Shown one piece after another: positions 51,784 to 61,770 of a DNA stretch of 64,000 bases. This stretch comes from Longimicrobiales bacterium (GTDB lineage: Bacteria; Gemmatimonadota; Gemmatimonadetes; Longimicrobiales; Gaopeijiaceae): positions 2,080,001 through 2,144,000 of the forward strand of contig OZ241892.1 in assembly GCA_965203485.1 (NCBI GenBank). Direction: 5' to 3'. The notes under the pieces were generated by a model. The model was not told the origin of the DNA. It was given only the letters and a program-made list of their open reading frames with translations, and did not search any database. The position numbers and the translations under genes are program-made. How positions within the stretch are numbered: the stretch's first letter is position 1; every line of letters starts with the position of its first letter.

Positions 51784-54700
51784 GCTCCCCGAAGATCTTC
51801 GAGCTGATGGAACGCGATCCGCGCTCCGAGCAGCTGGCCAACAACGGCCAAGCGCGAATCGCCGGCGACAGCGACGACGAACGCGTGGAACTTCGAGCCG
51901 AGCTGGAGTCCTTCGTGTGCTGCGGCAAGTTCGCCGACGCGTTCGAGACGGTCCTGGACAGGTACTTGGCGAACCTGGGCGCCGCGTCCCGGCAGGACTC
52001 GGTCTGGGTGAGCGGCTTCTTCGGCAGCGGCAAGTCCCACTTGCTGAAGATGCTCGCTCACCTCTGGGCGAACACGCGCTTCGACGACGGCGCGGCGGCC
52101 CGGTCGCTGGTGCCGGGCGGATTGCCTTCGCGCATCCAGGAACAGCTTCGCGAGCTGGAGGTGCAGGCAAAGCGAACTGGCGGCCCGACCGTCGCCGCGG
52201 CCGGCACCATGCTCAGCGGCGCCGCCGACCGGGTTCGGCTGGCGGTTCTGGCCGTCATCCTGCGAGCCCGCGAATGGCCCGAGGACTACGCCCAAGCTCG
52301 GTTCTGCTTCTGGTTGCGCGACGAGGGGCTGCTGGACGATGTCCGGAGCGCAGTGGAGGACGCCGGCAAGGACTGGGGCCGCGAACTCGCCAATCTATAC
52401 GTGAGTCCGGTCGTCGCGGACGCCTTGATCAGGGCGCGCCCCGACTTCGCTGCGGACGCGAGGGCGGCCAAGCAACTGCTGCGCGCGCAATTCGCCCGCC
52501 CGGCAACCGACATCGGAACGGCCGACTTCGTGGCCATGGCCAAGCAGGCGCTCGGGGACCCCGGCGGCCCGCTCCCCCTCGCGATTCTCGTGCTGGACGA
52601 AGTGCAGCAGTACATCGGCGACTCCAGCGACCACGCCGTGGCGGTCACCGAGGTCGCGGAGGCCGTCCAGACCCAGTTCAACGGCCGGTTGCTGCTCGTG
52701 GCGGCGGGCCAGTCCGCGCTCGAAGGGCACCCCTCGCTCCAGTGGCTGAGAGATCGCTTCCGAATCACCGTTCAGCTCTCGGACGCCGAAGTCGAAGAGG
52801 TCACCCGCGAAGTGTTGTTGCGAAAGAAGCCCAGCGCCGCCGCGCCGATCGAGCGCATGTTCGAGGAGCACGCCGGCGAGGTGTCGCGCCAGCTGCAGGG
52901 CACCAAGCTCGGCGTTTCGAGCGAGGACCAGGGCGCCGACGTCGCCGACTATCCCCTCCTTCGAACCCGCCGCCGGTTTTGGGAGGCCTGCTTCCGAGCC
53001 GTGGCCGGCACGCACAGCGAGCTCCGTTCGCAACTGCGCATCCTGCACGACTCGCTGCAACGGATCGCCGACCGAGGCTTGGGGGCGGTCATTCCCGCCA
53101 GCGACCTGTTCGGCGCCCTGACGACCGACTTGGTGAACTCGGGCGTGCTGCTCAACGAAATCGCCACCCGCATCGCCACGCTCGACGACGACACCGACGA
53201 CGGCCGACTTCGACACAACCTTGCCGGGGTCGCCTTCCTCGTCGGCAAGCTGCCCCGCGAGCGCGCCGTGGACCTCGGAGTCCGCGCCGACGCGCGCACG
53301 CTGGCGGACCTGCTCGTCGACGACGTCGCGGCGGACTCCGGCGTCTTCCGCAAGCGCGTGCAGGACGCCTTGGACGCGATGGCGCAGCAAGGCGTCCTGT
53401 TGAAGGTCGCCGACGAGTACCGCATCCAGACCACCGCGGGCGCCGAGTGGGAACGGGCGCTTCGAGAGAGGCGCACTGCCCTCGAACGGGACGAAGGGCA
53501 CATTTCGCTGACGCGCCAAAGTCTGCTGTCCGGAGCCGTCGGCGCCTTGGTCGCGCAGATTCGCTTGCCGCACGGCGAGTCCAAGACCAATCGCAAGCTG
53601 GTCCTCCAAGTCGACACGCTGGGCGAAGACGCGCCCGGCGACACCATTCCCGTGTTGCTCCGCGACGAGTGGTCGTGCAGCGAGCAGGAAGCGAAGAACG
53701 ATGCCCGAAGGCGTGGCATGGAGGATCCGGTCCTGCACGTCTTCCTGCCCAAGCGCAACGCCGACGACCTGCGCCGCCGCATCGTCGAAACCGAAGCGGC
53801 CCGGCAAGTGCTGGACGAGAAGGGCCGCCAGTCCTCGGCGGAAGGCCGCGAAGCGCGCGACGCCATGAAGAGCCGCCGTGCCGGCGCGGAGGCCCGCCGC
53901 GACCACCTCGTCCAGATCACGCTCGCGTCCGCCCGCGTGCTCCAAGGCGGAGGAACCGAGGTCTTTGCCGGAGGCGACCTGAAGGCCAAGATCGAGCACG
54001 GCGCGAAGGCGTCGCTGGCTCGCTTGTTCCCCCGCTTCCCAGAGGCCGACCACCGAGCCTGGGGCGTTGCCCTGAAGCGAGCGCAGGAGGGGTCCGACAC
54101 GCCGTTTCAGGCCGTGGACTGGGACGGTCCGCTAGCCCGCCATCCGGTGGCCAAGGAAGCGCTCGCCGCAGTTGCGACGGGCAGGCGAGGCAACGAGGTC
54201 CGCAAGGCGTTGGCGCGGCCTCCGTTCGGTTGGCCCCGAGACGCCGTGGACGCGGCCTTGGTCGCGCTTCACGGTCTCGGCCAGCTGGCGGCCACCCGCA
54301 ACGGCGCACCTGTGCGGCGCCTGGACCAGACGGGAATCGCGACGACCGTGTTCCGCCCCGAAACGGTCGTCCTCGACGCCAGCCAGCGGATTGCGTTGCG
54401 GGGGCTCTTCCAAAAGGCGGGCGTGGCCTCCCGATCCGGCGAGGAGACGGTAGGAGCCCGGCAGTTCCTCGACGCCTTGCGGACGCTGGCCGCAAAGGCC
54501 GGGGGCGACGCGCCGTTGCCCGCCCCGCCCGACACGGCGTTGCTCGACGAGATTGGTCGGCTGGACGGCAACGAGCAACTGGCCGAGCTCTTCGAGGCGC
54601 GAGAGGGGCTGATCGCGGACATCGAGCAGTGGGAGGGACTCGCCCGGCGTGCTCGGACGCGGACGCCCGCTTGGGACATGGCCGTCGCGCTTCGCCGACA

Positions 54701-55241
54701 CGCTACCGGACTGCCGATCGCGGAGGACGTCGGCGCCGAACTCGACGCCATCGCCGAACGGCGGTCGCTGTTGGACGAGATGGACCCCGTGTCGCCGTGC
54801 GTCGCAAAGCTGGCCAAGGCGCTTCGCGAGGCGCTGGGCAAGGCGCGGGACGGATTGGCCGAGGCCGTCGCCGACGCCACCGCCCGGCTCGACGCCGACC
54901 GTGCCTGGTCCGAGTTGGACGACGCAGATCGCGCGGCCATATTGTCGGATGTCGCCTTGGCCACCCCCGTACCGCTCGCCGTAGAGACCGACCCGGCGTT
55001 GCGGCGGGAACTGGACAGGCGCAACTTCGCCGCTTGGCGCGCGGAGACCGACGCCGTCTCGTCCCGAGAAGCCGAGGCGCTGGAAGCGGCAACGGCCCGT
55101 CACGGAGAAGGCAACGTACCCGTCGCGGTCGCTGTCCGCCGAGCCACTCTCGCGAACGAGACCGACGTGCGCCGCTGGCTCGACGAGCACGAGACGAAGC
55201 TGATGGAGGCGGTCAAGAAAGGAACGGTGGTGGTGAAATGA
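51780..55241 (+). CDS. brxC: BREX P-loop ATPase BrxC
   Basis: VWVSGFFGSGKSHLLKML (Walker A), LVLDEVQQYIG (Walker B), LRDRF, PPFGWP; 1153 aa. Confidence 0.9.
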   Translation: MSSPKIFELMERDPRSEQLANNGQARIAGDSDDERVELRAELESFVCCGKFADAFETVLDRYLANLGAASRQDSVWVSGFFGSGKSHLLKMLAHLWANTRFDDGAAARSLVPGGLPSRIQEQLRELEVQAKRTGGPTVAAAGTMLSGAADRVRLAVLAVILRAREWPEDYAQARFCFWLRDEGLLDDVRSAVEDAGKDWGRELANLYVSPVVADALIRARPDFAADARAAKQLLRAQFARPATDIGTADFVAMAKQALGDPGGPLPLAILVLDEVQQYIGDSSDHAVAVTEVAEAVQTQFNGRLLLVAAGQSALEGHPSLQWLRDRFRITVQLSDAEVEEVTREVLLRKKPSAAAPIERMFEEHAGEVSRQLQGTKLGVSSEDQGADVADYPLLRTRRRFWEACFRAVAGTHSELRSQLRILHDSLQRIADRGLGAVIPASDLFGALTTDLVNSGVLLNEIATRIATLDDDTDDGRLRHNLAGVAFLVGKLPRERAVDLGVRADARTLADLLVDDVAADSGVFRKRVQDALDAMAQQGVLLKVADEYRIQTTAGAEWERALRERRTALERDEGHISLTRQSLLSGAVGALVAQIRLPHGESKTNRKLVLQVDTLGEDAPGDTIPVLLRDEWSCSEQEAKNDARRRGMEDPVLHVFLPKRNADDLRRRIVETEAARQVLDEKGRQSSAEGREARDAMKSRRAGAEARRDHLVQITLASARVLQGGGTEVFAGGDLKAKIEHGAKASLARLFPRFPEADHRAWGVALKRAQEGSDTPFQAVDWDGPLARHPVAKEALAAVATGRRGNEVRKALARPPFGWPRDAVDAALVALHGLGQLAATRNGAPVRRLDQTGIATTVFRPETVVLDASQRIALRGLFQKAGVASRSGEETVGARQFLDALRTLAAKAGGDAPLPAPPDTALLDEIGRLDGNEQLAELFEAREGLIADIEQWEGLARRARTRTPAWDMAVALRRHATGLPIAEDVGAELDAIAERRSLLDEMDPVSPCVAKLAKALREALGKARDGLAEAVADATARLDADRAWSELDDADRAAILSDVALATPVPLAVETDPALRRELDRRNFAAWRAETDAVSSREAEALEAATARHGEGNVPVAVAVRRATLANETDVRRWLDEHETKLMEAVKKGTVVVK

Positions 55242-56020
55242 GCAATCGGACACTTCAGTTCCGGCTAGAGGCTGCCAAACCGGGCCGGGCAGTCGATGCG
55301 CGCGACTTCCGCGACCTCGTGTCTGCGGCACTCGAGTGCCTGACACACTTGGAGAAGGAACTCGGATCTGCAGTCTCGGTAGCGTATCCGCTTGTCGGTC
55401 TGGAGTTCGGAAGCGCGAGCTTGACGATACAGCCGGAGTCCAAGGGAGATCAAAACTCCACCGCTGGTACGATCTCGGCCCACTTCGAACGAGGATTCGC
55501 CGCACTTACCAAGAACCAGCTGAGTGCAACGGATTTTGCTAAGCAGACTCAGGAATCCTTCTGGCGTCTCCAGAAACCGCTAAAGAACAAAATGGGTGTT
55601 GTCATATTCACCGGGACCAATACGTACCGCATGGACTCCGCACTTGTTGTTCGAATCCAGCGCACCAAGAAGAAGGTCGGCAAAGCAACGAATAGCGTAT
55701 CCGGGCGCATTGAGGCCTTGAACATTCACAATCAAAGGACTTTCTTAGTCTATCCTGTCATCGGCCCACGTGTGAAGTGTGAGTTCCCGGAAACCCTACT
55801 TGACCGCGTCTTCCATGCCCTTGGGCGCCACGTCACAGTCCACGGCACGTCCGATGCCGATGCTTCCGCATTGTTTCCAAAAACGATTGCTGTCAGCAAG
55901 ATCGACGTTCATCCCAAATCTGATCAACCCAAGTTGCGGGATTTCCTTGGATCGATTCCAGATCTCACCGGCGGTGTGGACAGTGTTGCCCTCGTAAGGG
56001 CACTAAGAGATGCTGACTAA
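55238..56020 (+). CDS. hypothetical protein, putative partner/antitoxin of the downstream PIN protein
   Basis: ATGA-coupled to brxC; lower GC; possible OB-fold-like C-terminus (SVSGRIEALN...VKCEF...VTVHG). Confidence 0.65.
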   Translation: MSNRTLQFRLEAAKPGRAVDARDFRDLVSAALECLTHLEKELGSAVSVAYPLVGLEFGSASLTIQPESKGDQNSTAGTISAHFERGFAALTKNQLSATDFAKQTQESFWRLQKPLKNKMGVVIFTGTNTYRMDSALVVRIQRTKKKVGKATNSVSGRIEALNIHNQRTFLVYPVIGPRVKCEFPETLLDRVFHALGRHVTVHGTSDADASALFPKTIAVSKIDVHPKSDQPKLRDFLGSIPDLTGGVDSVALVRALRDAD

Positions 56021-56474
56021 GTTCTGCTGGGATTCTTGCTTGTTTATTGACATGTTGTCCGCCGAACCTCAATCAGCTGACCGACGTTTACAATTGGAAG
56101 GCGTCCTCAAGGCCGTCGATCAAGAATCGGCCATCTTGGTGACCAGCACGTTAGTGGCAACAGAAGTACTGGACATCATTGGCGATGCGAGCAAGCGAGA
56201 GATTTTTGATCGGGTTATGGCTCGGCCGAGCGTCTTGTGTCAGCCCGTAACGATGCCGATTGCCGAGCTAGCAGGTAGAATTCGGCATTCTCTCCGACCT
56301 CAGCACAAACTGAAGAGCATGGATGCATTGTTTATAGCAACTGCGATCATCCAAGAAAGCGATATGCTACATACCTACGATGATAAGTTGTTGCGACTAT
56401 CAGGACGACAAGAAATAAATGATTTGAAGATCTCGCCCCCTAGTGTCTTGCAGCCCAGCCTTGACCTCGACTGA
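56010..56474 (+). CDS. PIN-domain (VapC-like) ribonuclease
   Basis: CWDSCLFI...TEVL...MDALFIATA...HTYDDKLL acidic PIN residues. Confidence 0.8.
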   Translation: MLTKFCWDSCLFIDMLSAEPQSADRRLQLEGVLKAVDQESAILVTSTLVATEVLDIIGDASKREIFDRVMARPSVLCQPVTMPIAELAGRIRHSLRPQHKLKSMDALFIATAIIQESDMLHTYDDKLLRLSGRQEINDLKISPPSVLQPSLDLD

Positions 56475-56483
56475 TCATCCCGA

Positions 56484-56640
56484 GCGGAGACGGACGCCGT
56501 CTCGTCCCGAAAAGCCGAGGCGTTGGAAGCAGCAACGGCCCGTCACGGAGAAGGCAACACACCCGTCCCGGTGGTTGTCCGCCAAGCCACTCTCGCGGAC
56601 GAAGTCAATGTGCGACACTGGCTCGACGAGCACGAGACGA
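56484..56640 (+). repeat. second copy of part of the brxC 3' end
   Basis: 157 bp colinear with 55041-55197, with substitutions. Confidence 0.9.
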
Positions 56641-57307
56641 GCAACTGGCCGAGCTCTTCGAGGCACGCGAGGGGCTGATCGCGGACATCGAGCAGTGGGA
56701 GGGGCTCGCCCGGCGTGCTCGGACGCGGACGCCCGCTTGGGACATGGCCGTCGCGCTTCGCCGACACGCTGCCGGACTGCCGATCGCGGAGGACGTCGGC
56801 ACCGAACTCGACGCCATCGCCGAACGGCGGTCGTTGTTGGACGAGATGGACCCCGTGTCGCCGTGCGTCGCGAAGCTCGCCAAGGCGCTTCGCGAGGCGC
56901 TGGGCGCGGCGCGGGATGGATTGGCCGAGGCCGTCGCCGACGCCACCGTCCGTCTCGACGCCGATCGGGCATGGGGCGATTTGGATCAACGCGATCGCGC
57001 GGCCATATTGTCCGAGGTGGATCTCCTCGCGCCCGCGCCTCTCGCCGTGGACACCGACCAGGCCCTGCGACGGGAGCTGGAGAAGCACCACCTGTCCGCT
57101 TGGCATGCGGAGACGGACGCCGTGCCGTCCCGCGAGGCCGAGGCACTGGAAACGGCGGTCGCCCGCCACCAAGAGGGCACCGCCTCCGTCGCCGTAGCTC
57201 TCCGGCGAGCGACCCTCGCGGACGAGCGCGACGTGCCCCAGTGGCTCGCCGAACACGAAAAGAAGCTTATGGACGCAGTCAAGAAAGGAACGGCCGTAGT
57301 AAAGTGA
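56637..57307 (+). pseudogene. third copy of the brxC 3' end (orphan alternative C-terminus)
   Basis: 671 bp colinear with 54571-55241. Near-identical over the first ~310 bp, then diverged; the frame stays open to the equivalent stop. Confidence 0.9.
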
Positions 57308-57341
57308 GTGCCCGGTTCATCCTACCCTGGACGCTACGCTC

Positions 57342-58760
57342 GTGATCTTCGAATTCGAGAACATCGGCCCCGTGGAGCACGCGACGTTGGACTTGGCGGA
57401 TTTCACGATCATCGCAGGGCGCAACAATACCGGCAAGACCTACTTGGTCTATGCCCTGTATGGATTCTTGAAACAATGGCCGGGGTGGCCTAGAGCACAA
57501 CAGTTCTTCTTTCGTCCCCCCGCCAATCACGTCATGAGGCCGTTGCAACTCCGCCGTATCGCCCAGGACATTGTCCAATCCGGCCATGCCCATGTCAACG
57601 TCGATGCCGACACGTTGTACGCCGCCAGCAAGGCAATCATCGATTCGCTTGCCCATGATTTCTCTGTCACGGCGTTGCCCACGGTCTTCAGTTCTTCTTC
57701 GGAAGAGTTCAAGACCGCTCGCGTATCGATCGACATCGCGGGAGACCGTAGTGGCCACTTGCACGAGTCGGCGATAGAACTGGCATTCCCGCCCATCGGC
57801 CGCCTTGCTCTCGAGTATGATGGCACGATACTATCTATCACCAGCAGATTGGATAATCCATCTCGTCCATTTCATCGGGAACAAGTGGATATTCTGTTGC
57901 CTCACGCCTTGATGTCTTTCTTGTGCCATTTTCCGACGCCGTTTATTCTTTCTGCAGAACGCTTTGGCATCTCTCTTTTCTACAAAGAACTAGATTTTGC
58001 AAAAAGTCATCTCGTCGATCTTCTTCAGAAGATGAGTAATGACGACAAGAAGGATTCTGATTATCCGTTTTTTCTTATTGACAAGAACGCAAGCCGATAT
58101 GCACAACCGATAAAGGACAACATTGATTTTACGCGAAACATACCTGCCCTTACACGCCATCGAGGACCTTTGGAAGATCACAAGTTATTTGACGACATCA
58201 AGCATATTATGGGTGGTTACTATCAAGCTTCAAAAGATGTCATTCGATTTCGTTCGAAAGCTCGCGGCAAGCGTAAATTCAATATTCCATTGCATCTTGC
58301 CTCTTCTTCTGCCCGGGGTCTGGCTGATTTATATTTTTATCTGCGGCATCAGGCTAGACAAGGCGATCTCCTGATTGTTGATGAACCCGAAAGCCATCTA
58401 GACACGCAGAACCAGATTTTCCTCGCCCGCACGCTTGCGCGATTTGTGAACGCAGGAATTAAAGTACTGGTCACGACTCATAGTGATTACTTGGTTAAAG
58501 AGATAAATAATTTGATCATGCTTGGTGAAATAGCTGATAAAAGAAACGACGCATTAGAACAGTGGGGATACTCGGCATCGGATGTATTGAAGCGTTCATC
58601 GGTACGAGCATACGTCGCCGATCGGCACCAGTTGTGCCCCGCCATCATTGACCGTTTTGGTGTCTCTATGGCGGTTTTCGATGACACGATAGACGGCATC
58701 AACCGCGTATCCAATGCTCTCGTAGCGACAGTAGCGAAACAGAATGACCTTGGCACATAA
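57342..58760 (+). CDS. ABC/AAA_15/21-family ATPase (defence-associated)
   Basis: ENIGP, GRNNTGKT, ASSSARG, LIVDEPESHLD, TTHSDY. Confidence 0.85.
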   Translation: MIFEFENIGPVEHATLDLADFTIIAGRNNTGKTYLVYALYGFLKQWPGWPRAQQFFFRPPANHVMRPLQLRRIAQDIVQSGHAHVNVDADTLYAASKAIIDSLAHDFSVTALPTVFSSSSEEFKTARVSIDIAGDRSGHLHESAIELAFPPIGRLALEYDGTILSITSRLDNPSRPFHREQVDILLPHALMSFLCHFPTPFILSAERFGISLFYKELDFAKSHLVDLLQKMSNDDKKDSDYPFFLIDKNASRYAQPIKDNIDFTRNIPALTRHRGPLEDHKLFDDIKHIMGGYYQASKDVIRFRSKARGKRKFNIPLHLASSSARGLADLYFYLRHQARQGDLLIVDEPESHLDTQNQIFLARTLARFVNAGIKVLVTTHSDYLVKEINNLIMLGEIADKRNDALEQWGYSASDVLKRSSVRAYVADRHQLCPAIIDRFGVSMAVFDDTIDGINRVSNALVATVAKQNDLGT

Positions 58761-59316
58761 CGCAAAGAAGGCTACGCATTTTTCTGATGGCCTCAAGCGT
58801 GTTCTTCACAGCTCGAGCATCAACCTGACAACCGAAGACGGCACGACGGTCTTACATGACAAAGAGACATGCTTTGTCATCACTGACATGCCGTCGTCGT
58901 CAATCGTGGTTAAGCTGGAAACGATCGGACACCTAAATACGCTGGACGGGAGAAACTGGAAAAAGAAATGCGATTATTTGATTGCAATTGCGTATGATGA
59001 TCATGTTCAAGTCATATTGCTTGAGACGAAGAAAACTCTTCGTAGCGATTCGAAGCCGAGAGAGCAGGTAAGGCGATCCATTCCTATCCTGAAGTATCTC
59101 GTGTCTCTGTGTGAAATTGAATACGAGCGTTCGTGGAATATTGTCGAATGTTTCTCGGTGATAGCCGAGAAAGAAGCAGAACGATTCGACAAACAACCTA
59201 CCCATGTAGGTCCCGATCCATTATCACGCTCGGAGAGATACAAGGAAATTGACATTAATTTCATCATTGGCACGAATCTGTCGTTCAGTTCACTTACGTC
59301 GTCCGCTAGACGGTAG
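58744..59316 (+). CDS. hypothetical protein, possible PD-(D/E)xK nuclease fold
   Basis: KKCDYLI...ILLETKK...EQ motif; overlaps the ATPase stop. Confidence 0.6.
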   Translation: MTLAHNAKKATHFSDGLKRVLHSSSINLTTEDGTTVLHDKETCFVITDMPSSSIVVKLETIGHLNTLDGRNWKKKCDYLIAIAYDDHVQVILLETKKTLRSDSKPREQVRRSIPILKYLVSLCEIEYERSWNIVECFSVIAEKEAERFDKQPTHVGPDPLSRSERYKEIDINFIIGTNLSFSSLTSSARR

Positions 59317-59335
59317 CGATTGGCTCTGCAGACAT

Positions 59336-59781
59336 GGGCTCTTCCCCTGTTTCGATGGGCGTCGTAGGATGGACGGGGGTACGGCGTGACTGGAGCGAGG
59401 AGAGCGGATGGAGGGCAGAAGGCCCTTGTCCCCACGTCCCCCGGCCTCGGGAGGTACGGCGTGACTGGAGCGAGAAGAGCGGATGGAGGTGCGGGAGTTG
59501 GAGCGGCTGATGGGAGTTTGGGCCCGGAGTGGCGGATCGAGCGCATGGATGAGGCGTCGGAGACCGTTGGGATACCGCAACCGGGGGCTGGGCGCGATCA
59601 GCCTGGGTGCGCTGGCTGCGATGGGCGTCGGCCTCGAGGCCGGTCGAGAAGACCGCGGCGATGGTCCGGACTCACCTGTGGGCATCGTCAACGCCGTCGT
59701 GCTCGATGCCACCAACGGTCCCGGTCGAGGGCGTCAACACCCGCGTCCAAGCGATCAAGACGGGGTGTCGCGGAAGAGCCC
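59336..59781 (+). mobile_element. internally deleted ISL3-family element (MITE-like)
   Basis: 10-bp inverted ends GGGCTCTTCC / GGAAGAGCCC; internal frameshifted HLW/GIVNAVVLDATNGP/VEGVNTRVQAIK transposase C-terminal remnant. Confidence 0.75.
59378..59489. repeat. 37-bp direct repeat (2 copies, 75-bp period) inside the ISL3 remnant
   Basis: GGTACGGCGTGACTGGAGCGAGRAGAGCGGATGGAGG at 59378 and 59453. Confidence 0.8.
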
Positions 59782-59825
59782 AGTTTTGTTGAGATTCTTG
59801 CCAAGCTGATGGAGGTGGTTCAGTC

Positions 59826-61061
59826 ATGACAGCGCACAACGTCGACCGACGGTTTCTTACTCGCGTGGTACTGCGCAACTACAAGAGCATCGCAACGGCC
59901 GACGTTCCCCTGTCCCAGGTCTCCTTCTTGGTCGGCCCCAACGGCTCCGGGAAAAGCAACTTCCTTGACGCCCTGCGCTTCGTGGCGGAATCGTTGCGAT
60001 CGACGATGGACCATGCGATCCACGAGCGCGGAGGAGTCAACGAAATCCGAAGACGATCCAGAGGGCATCCCAATTACTTTGGCATTCGCCTCGAGTTTCG
60101 GTCCGAGCAGTTTCGGGGTTACTATGCGTTCACGGTAGGAGCCAAGGCAGGCGGGGCCTACGAGATTCGCAAAGAAGAATGCGAAATATGCTGGCTCGAC
60201 AGCGACCCGTCTCGTAACTACTACCGCGTGCAGAACGGCGAGGTCCATCAAAGCACGCTTCACGTGCCGCCCCGCACCGATCCTCGCCGCCTCTACTTGG
60301 TCGCAGTATCTGGGATAGAATCTTTTGGGCAGGTGTACGACGCTTTCGTGGAAATGGGATTCTACAACCTGGTCCCCGAGGTCATTCGAAACCTCCAGCC
60401 ACCGGGGCCAGGCACCCTCTTGGCCAGGGACGGCGGCAACGCCGCCAGCGTCTTGGCGAACTTGGCGGCGCGTTCCCCGATGTTCAAGGAGAGGATTGAA
60501 GACTACCTCGGCCGAATCGCGCCCGGCGTGGTCCGCGTCGATCGAAAGGTCTTGAGCAACAGGGAAACGCTTGAGTTTCACCAGAAAGTAAAGGGAGCAA
60601 GGGATCCCTGGCGGTTCGGCGCTACCAACATGTCTGATGGCACGCTTCGGGCCCTCGGAGTCCTGCTGGCCCTCTTTCAGAACGGTCGACGCGGACCCCG
60701 GATCGGTCAGCCCCTGGTGGGGATCGAGGAACCGGAGCTGGCATTGCACCCTGCCGCTACCGGCGTGCTCTTGGACGCGCTTCGAGAGGCATCCCAGCAC
60801 TCCCAGGTGTTGGTTGCCAGCCACAGCGCCGACCTTCTCGACAACGTAGATGCGTCCACGGAGTCGGTGCTTGCGGTGCTGGCCGAGCACGGAGTCACCC
60901 ACATCGGTCCGCTGGACGACGCCGGACGTTCGGCACTCAAGGAGGGGCTCTTCACGGCTGGTGAACTTCTCCGCGTGAACCAGCTTATGCCGGACCCGCA
61001 CAGCACCAGTCTGTTGTCGCATACGCTCTCGTTGTTTGGAGCCGGAGGCGTGGCTGGATGA
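59826..61061 (+). CDS. ABC/AAA_21-family ATPase
   Basis: LRNYKSI, GPNGSGKSN, MSDGTLR, IEEPELALHP, ASHS. Confidence 0.88.
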   Translation: MTAHNVDRRFLTRVVLRNYKSIATADVPLSQVSFLVGPNGSGKSNFLDALRFVAESLRSTMDHAIHERGGVNEIRRRSRGHPNYFGIRLEFRSEQFRGYYAFTVGAKAGGAYEIRKEECEICWLDSDPSRNYYRVQNGEVHQSTLHVPPRTDPRRLYLVAVSGIESFGQVYDAFVEMGFYNLVPEVIRNLQPPGPGTLLARDGGNAASVLANLAARSPMFKERIEDYLGRIAPGVVRVDRKVLSNRETLEFHQKVKGARDPWRFGATNMSDGTLRALGVLLALFQNGRRGPRIGQPLVGIEEPELALHPAATGVLLDALREASQHSQVLVASHSADLLDNVDASTESVLAVLAEHGVTHIGPLDDAGRSALKEGLFTAGELLRVNQLMPDPHSTSLLSHTLSLFGAGGVAG

Positions 61062-61645
61062 CCACGATCGCCGCGATAGTTGAGGGGCACGGCGAGGTAG
61101 AGGCAGTGCCCGTGCTCCTTCGGCGAATCGCCGAACAGGTGTCGGCCAAGCACGCTGTCAACGCCCCGCGACCCTTTCGGGTTCGGCGCCAGAACTTCCT
61201 CAAGCCCGACGAGATGGAGCGCCACGTCGAGTTCGTCGCTACCCGATCTGGACCCGAGGGAAGGATCCTGATACTGCTAGATGCAAACAGCGACTGCCCC
61301 AAGACGCTTGCAACCCACATTAGGGAACGTGCGCGGCAAGCCAGACGCGATCGGATCATACGAGTCGTATTGGCCAAGATGGAATATGAGGCGTGGTTTC
61401 TCGCCGCGGCCGAGTCCGTTGCCGGACGCAGGGGCATCAAGCACGACGTCGTTTCCCCTCCCGATCCCGAGGCCGTTCGAAATGCCAAAGGATGGATCAG
61501 CGCCCGCATGGAGCCAGGACGCTCGTACAGCCCATCGACCGATCAACCGGCATTGACGGCCGTGTTCGACCTGGCCGCCGCCCGCAAGGGATCGCCCTCG
61601 TTCGACAAGCTGTGGCAGGCCGTGGAATCCCTGCTAGTAGATTGA
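61058..61645 (+). CDS. DUF4276-family (TOPRIM-like) protein
   Basis: IVEGHGEVEAVPVLLRR...ILLDANSDCP...EYEAWFLA...NAKGW...DQPALT...SPSFDKL; ATGA-coupled to the ATPase. Confidence 0.78.
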   Translation: MTTIAAIVEGHGEVEAVPVLLRRIAEQVSAKHAVNAPRPFRVRRQNFLKPDEMERHVEFVATRSGPEGRILILLDANSDCPKTLATHIRERARQARRDRIIRVVLAKMEYEAWFLAAAESVAGRRGIKHDVVSPPDPEAVRNAKGWISARMEPGRSYSPSTDQPALTAVFDLAAARKGSPSFDKLWQAVESLLVD

Positions 61646-61770
61646 AGGATGGGCGTGTCGTCCATAGTCCATATCACGAGAGCTCCCAGGACAAGCCAAG
61701 TGCAACTTAACGCTAGCCGTGACAGGCGATGTGCGGAGCCACAACTACCACCTCGAGACAGGAACACTTC

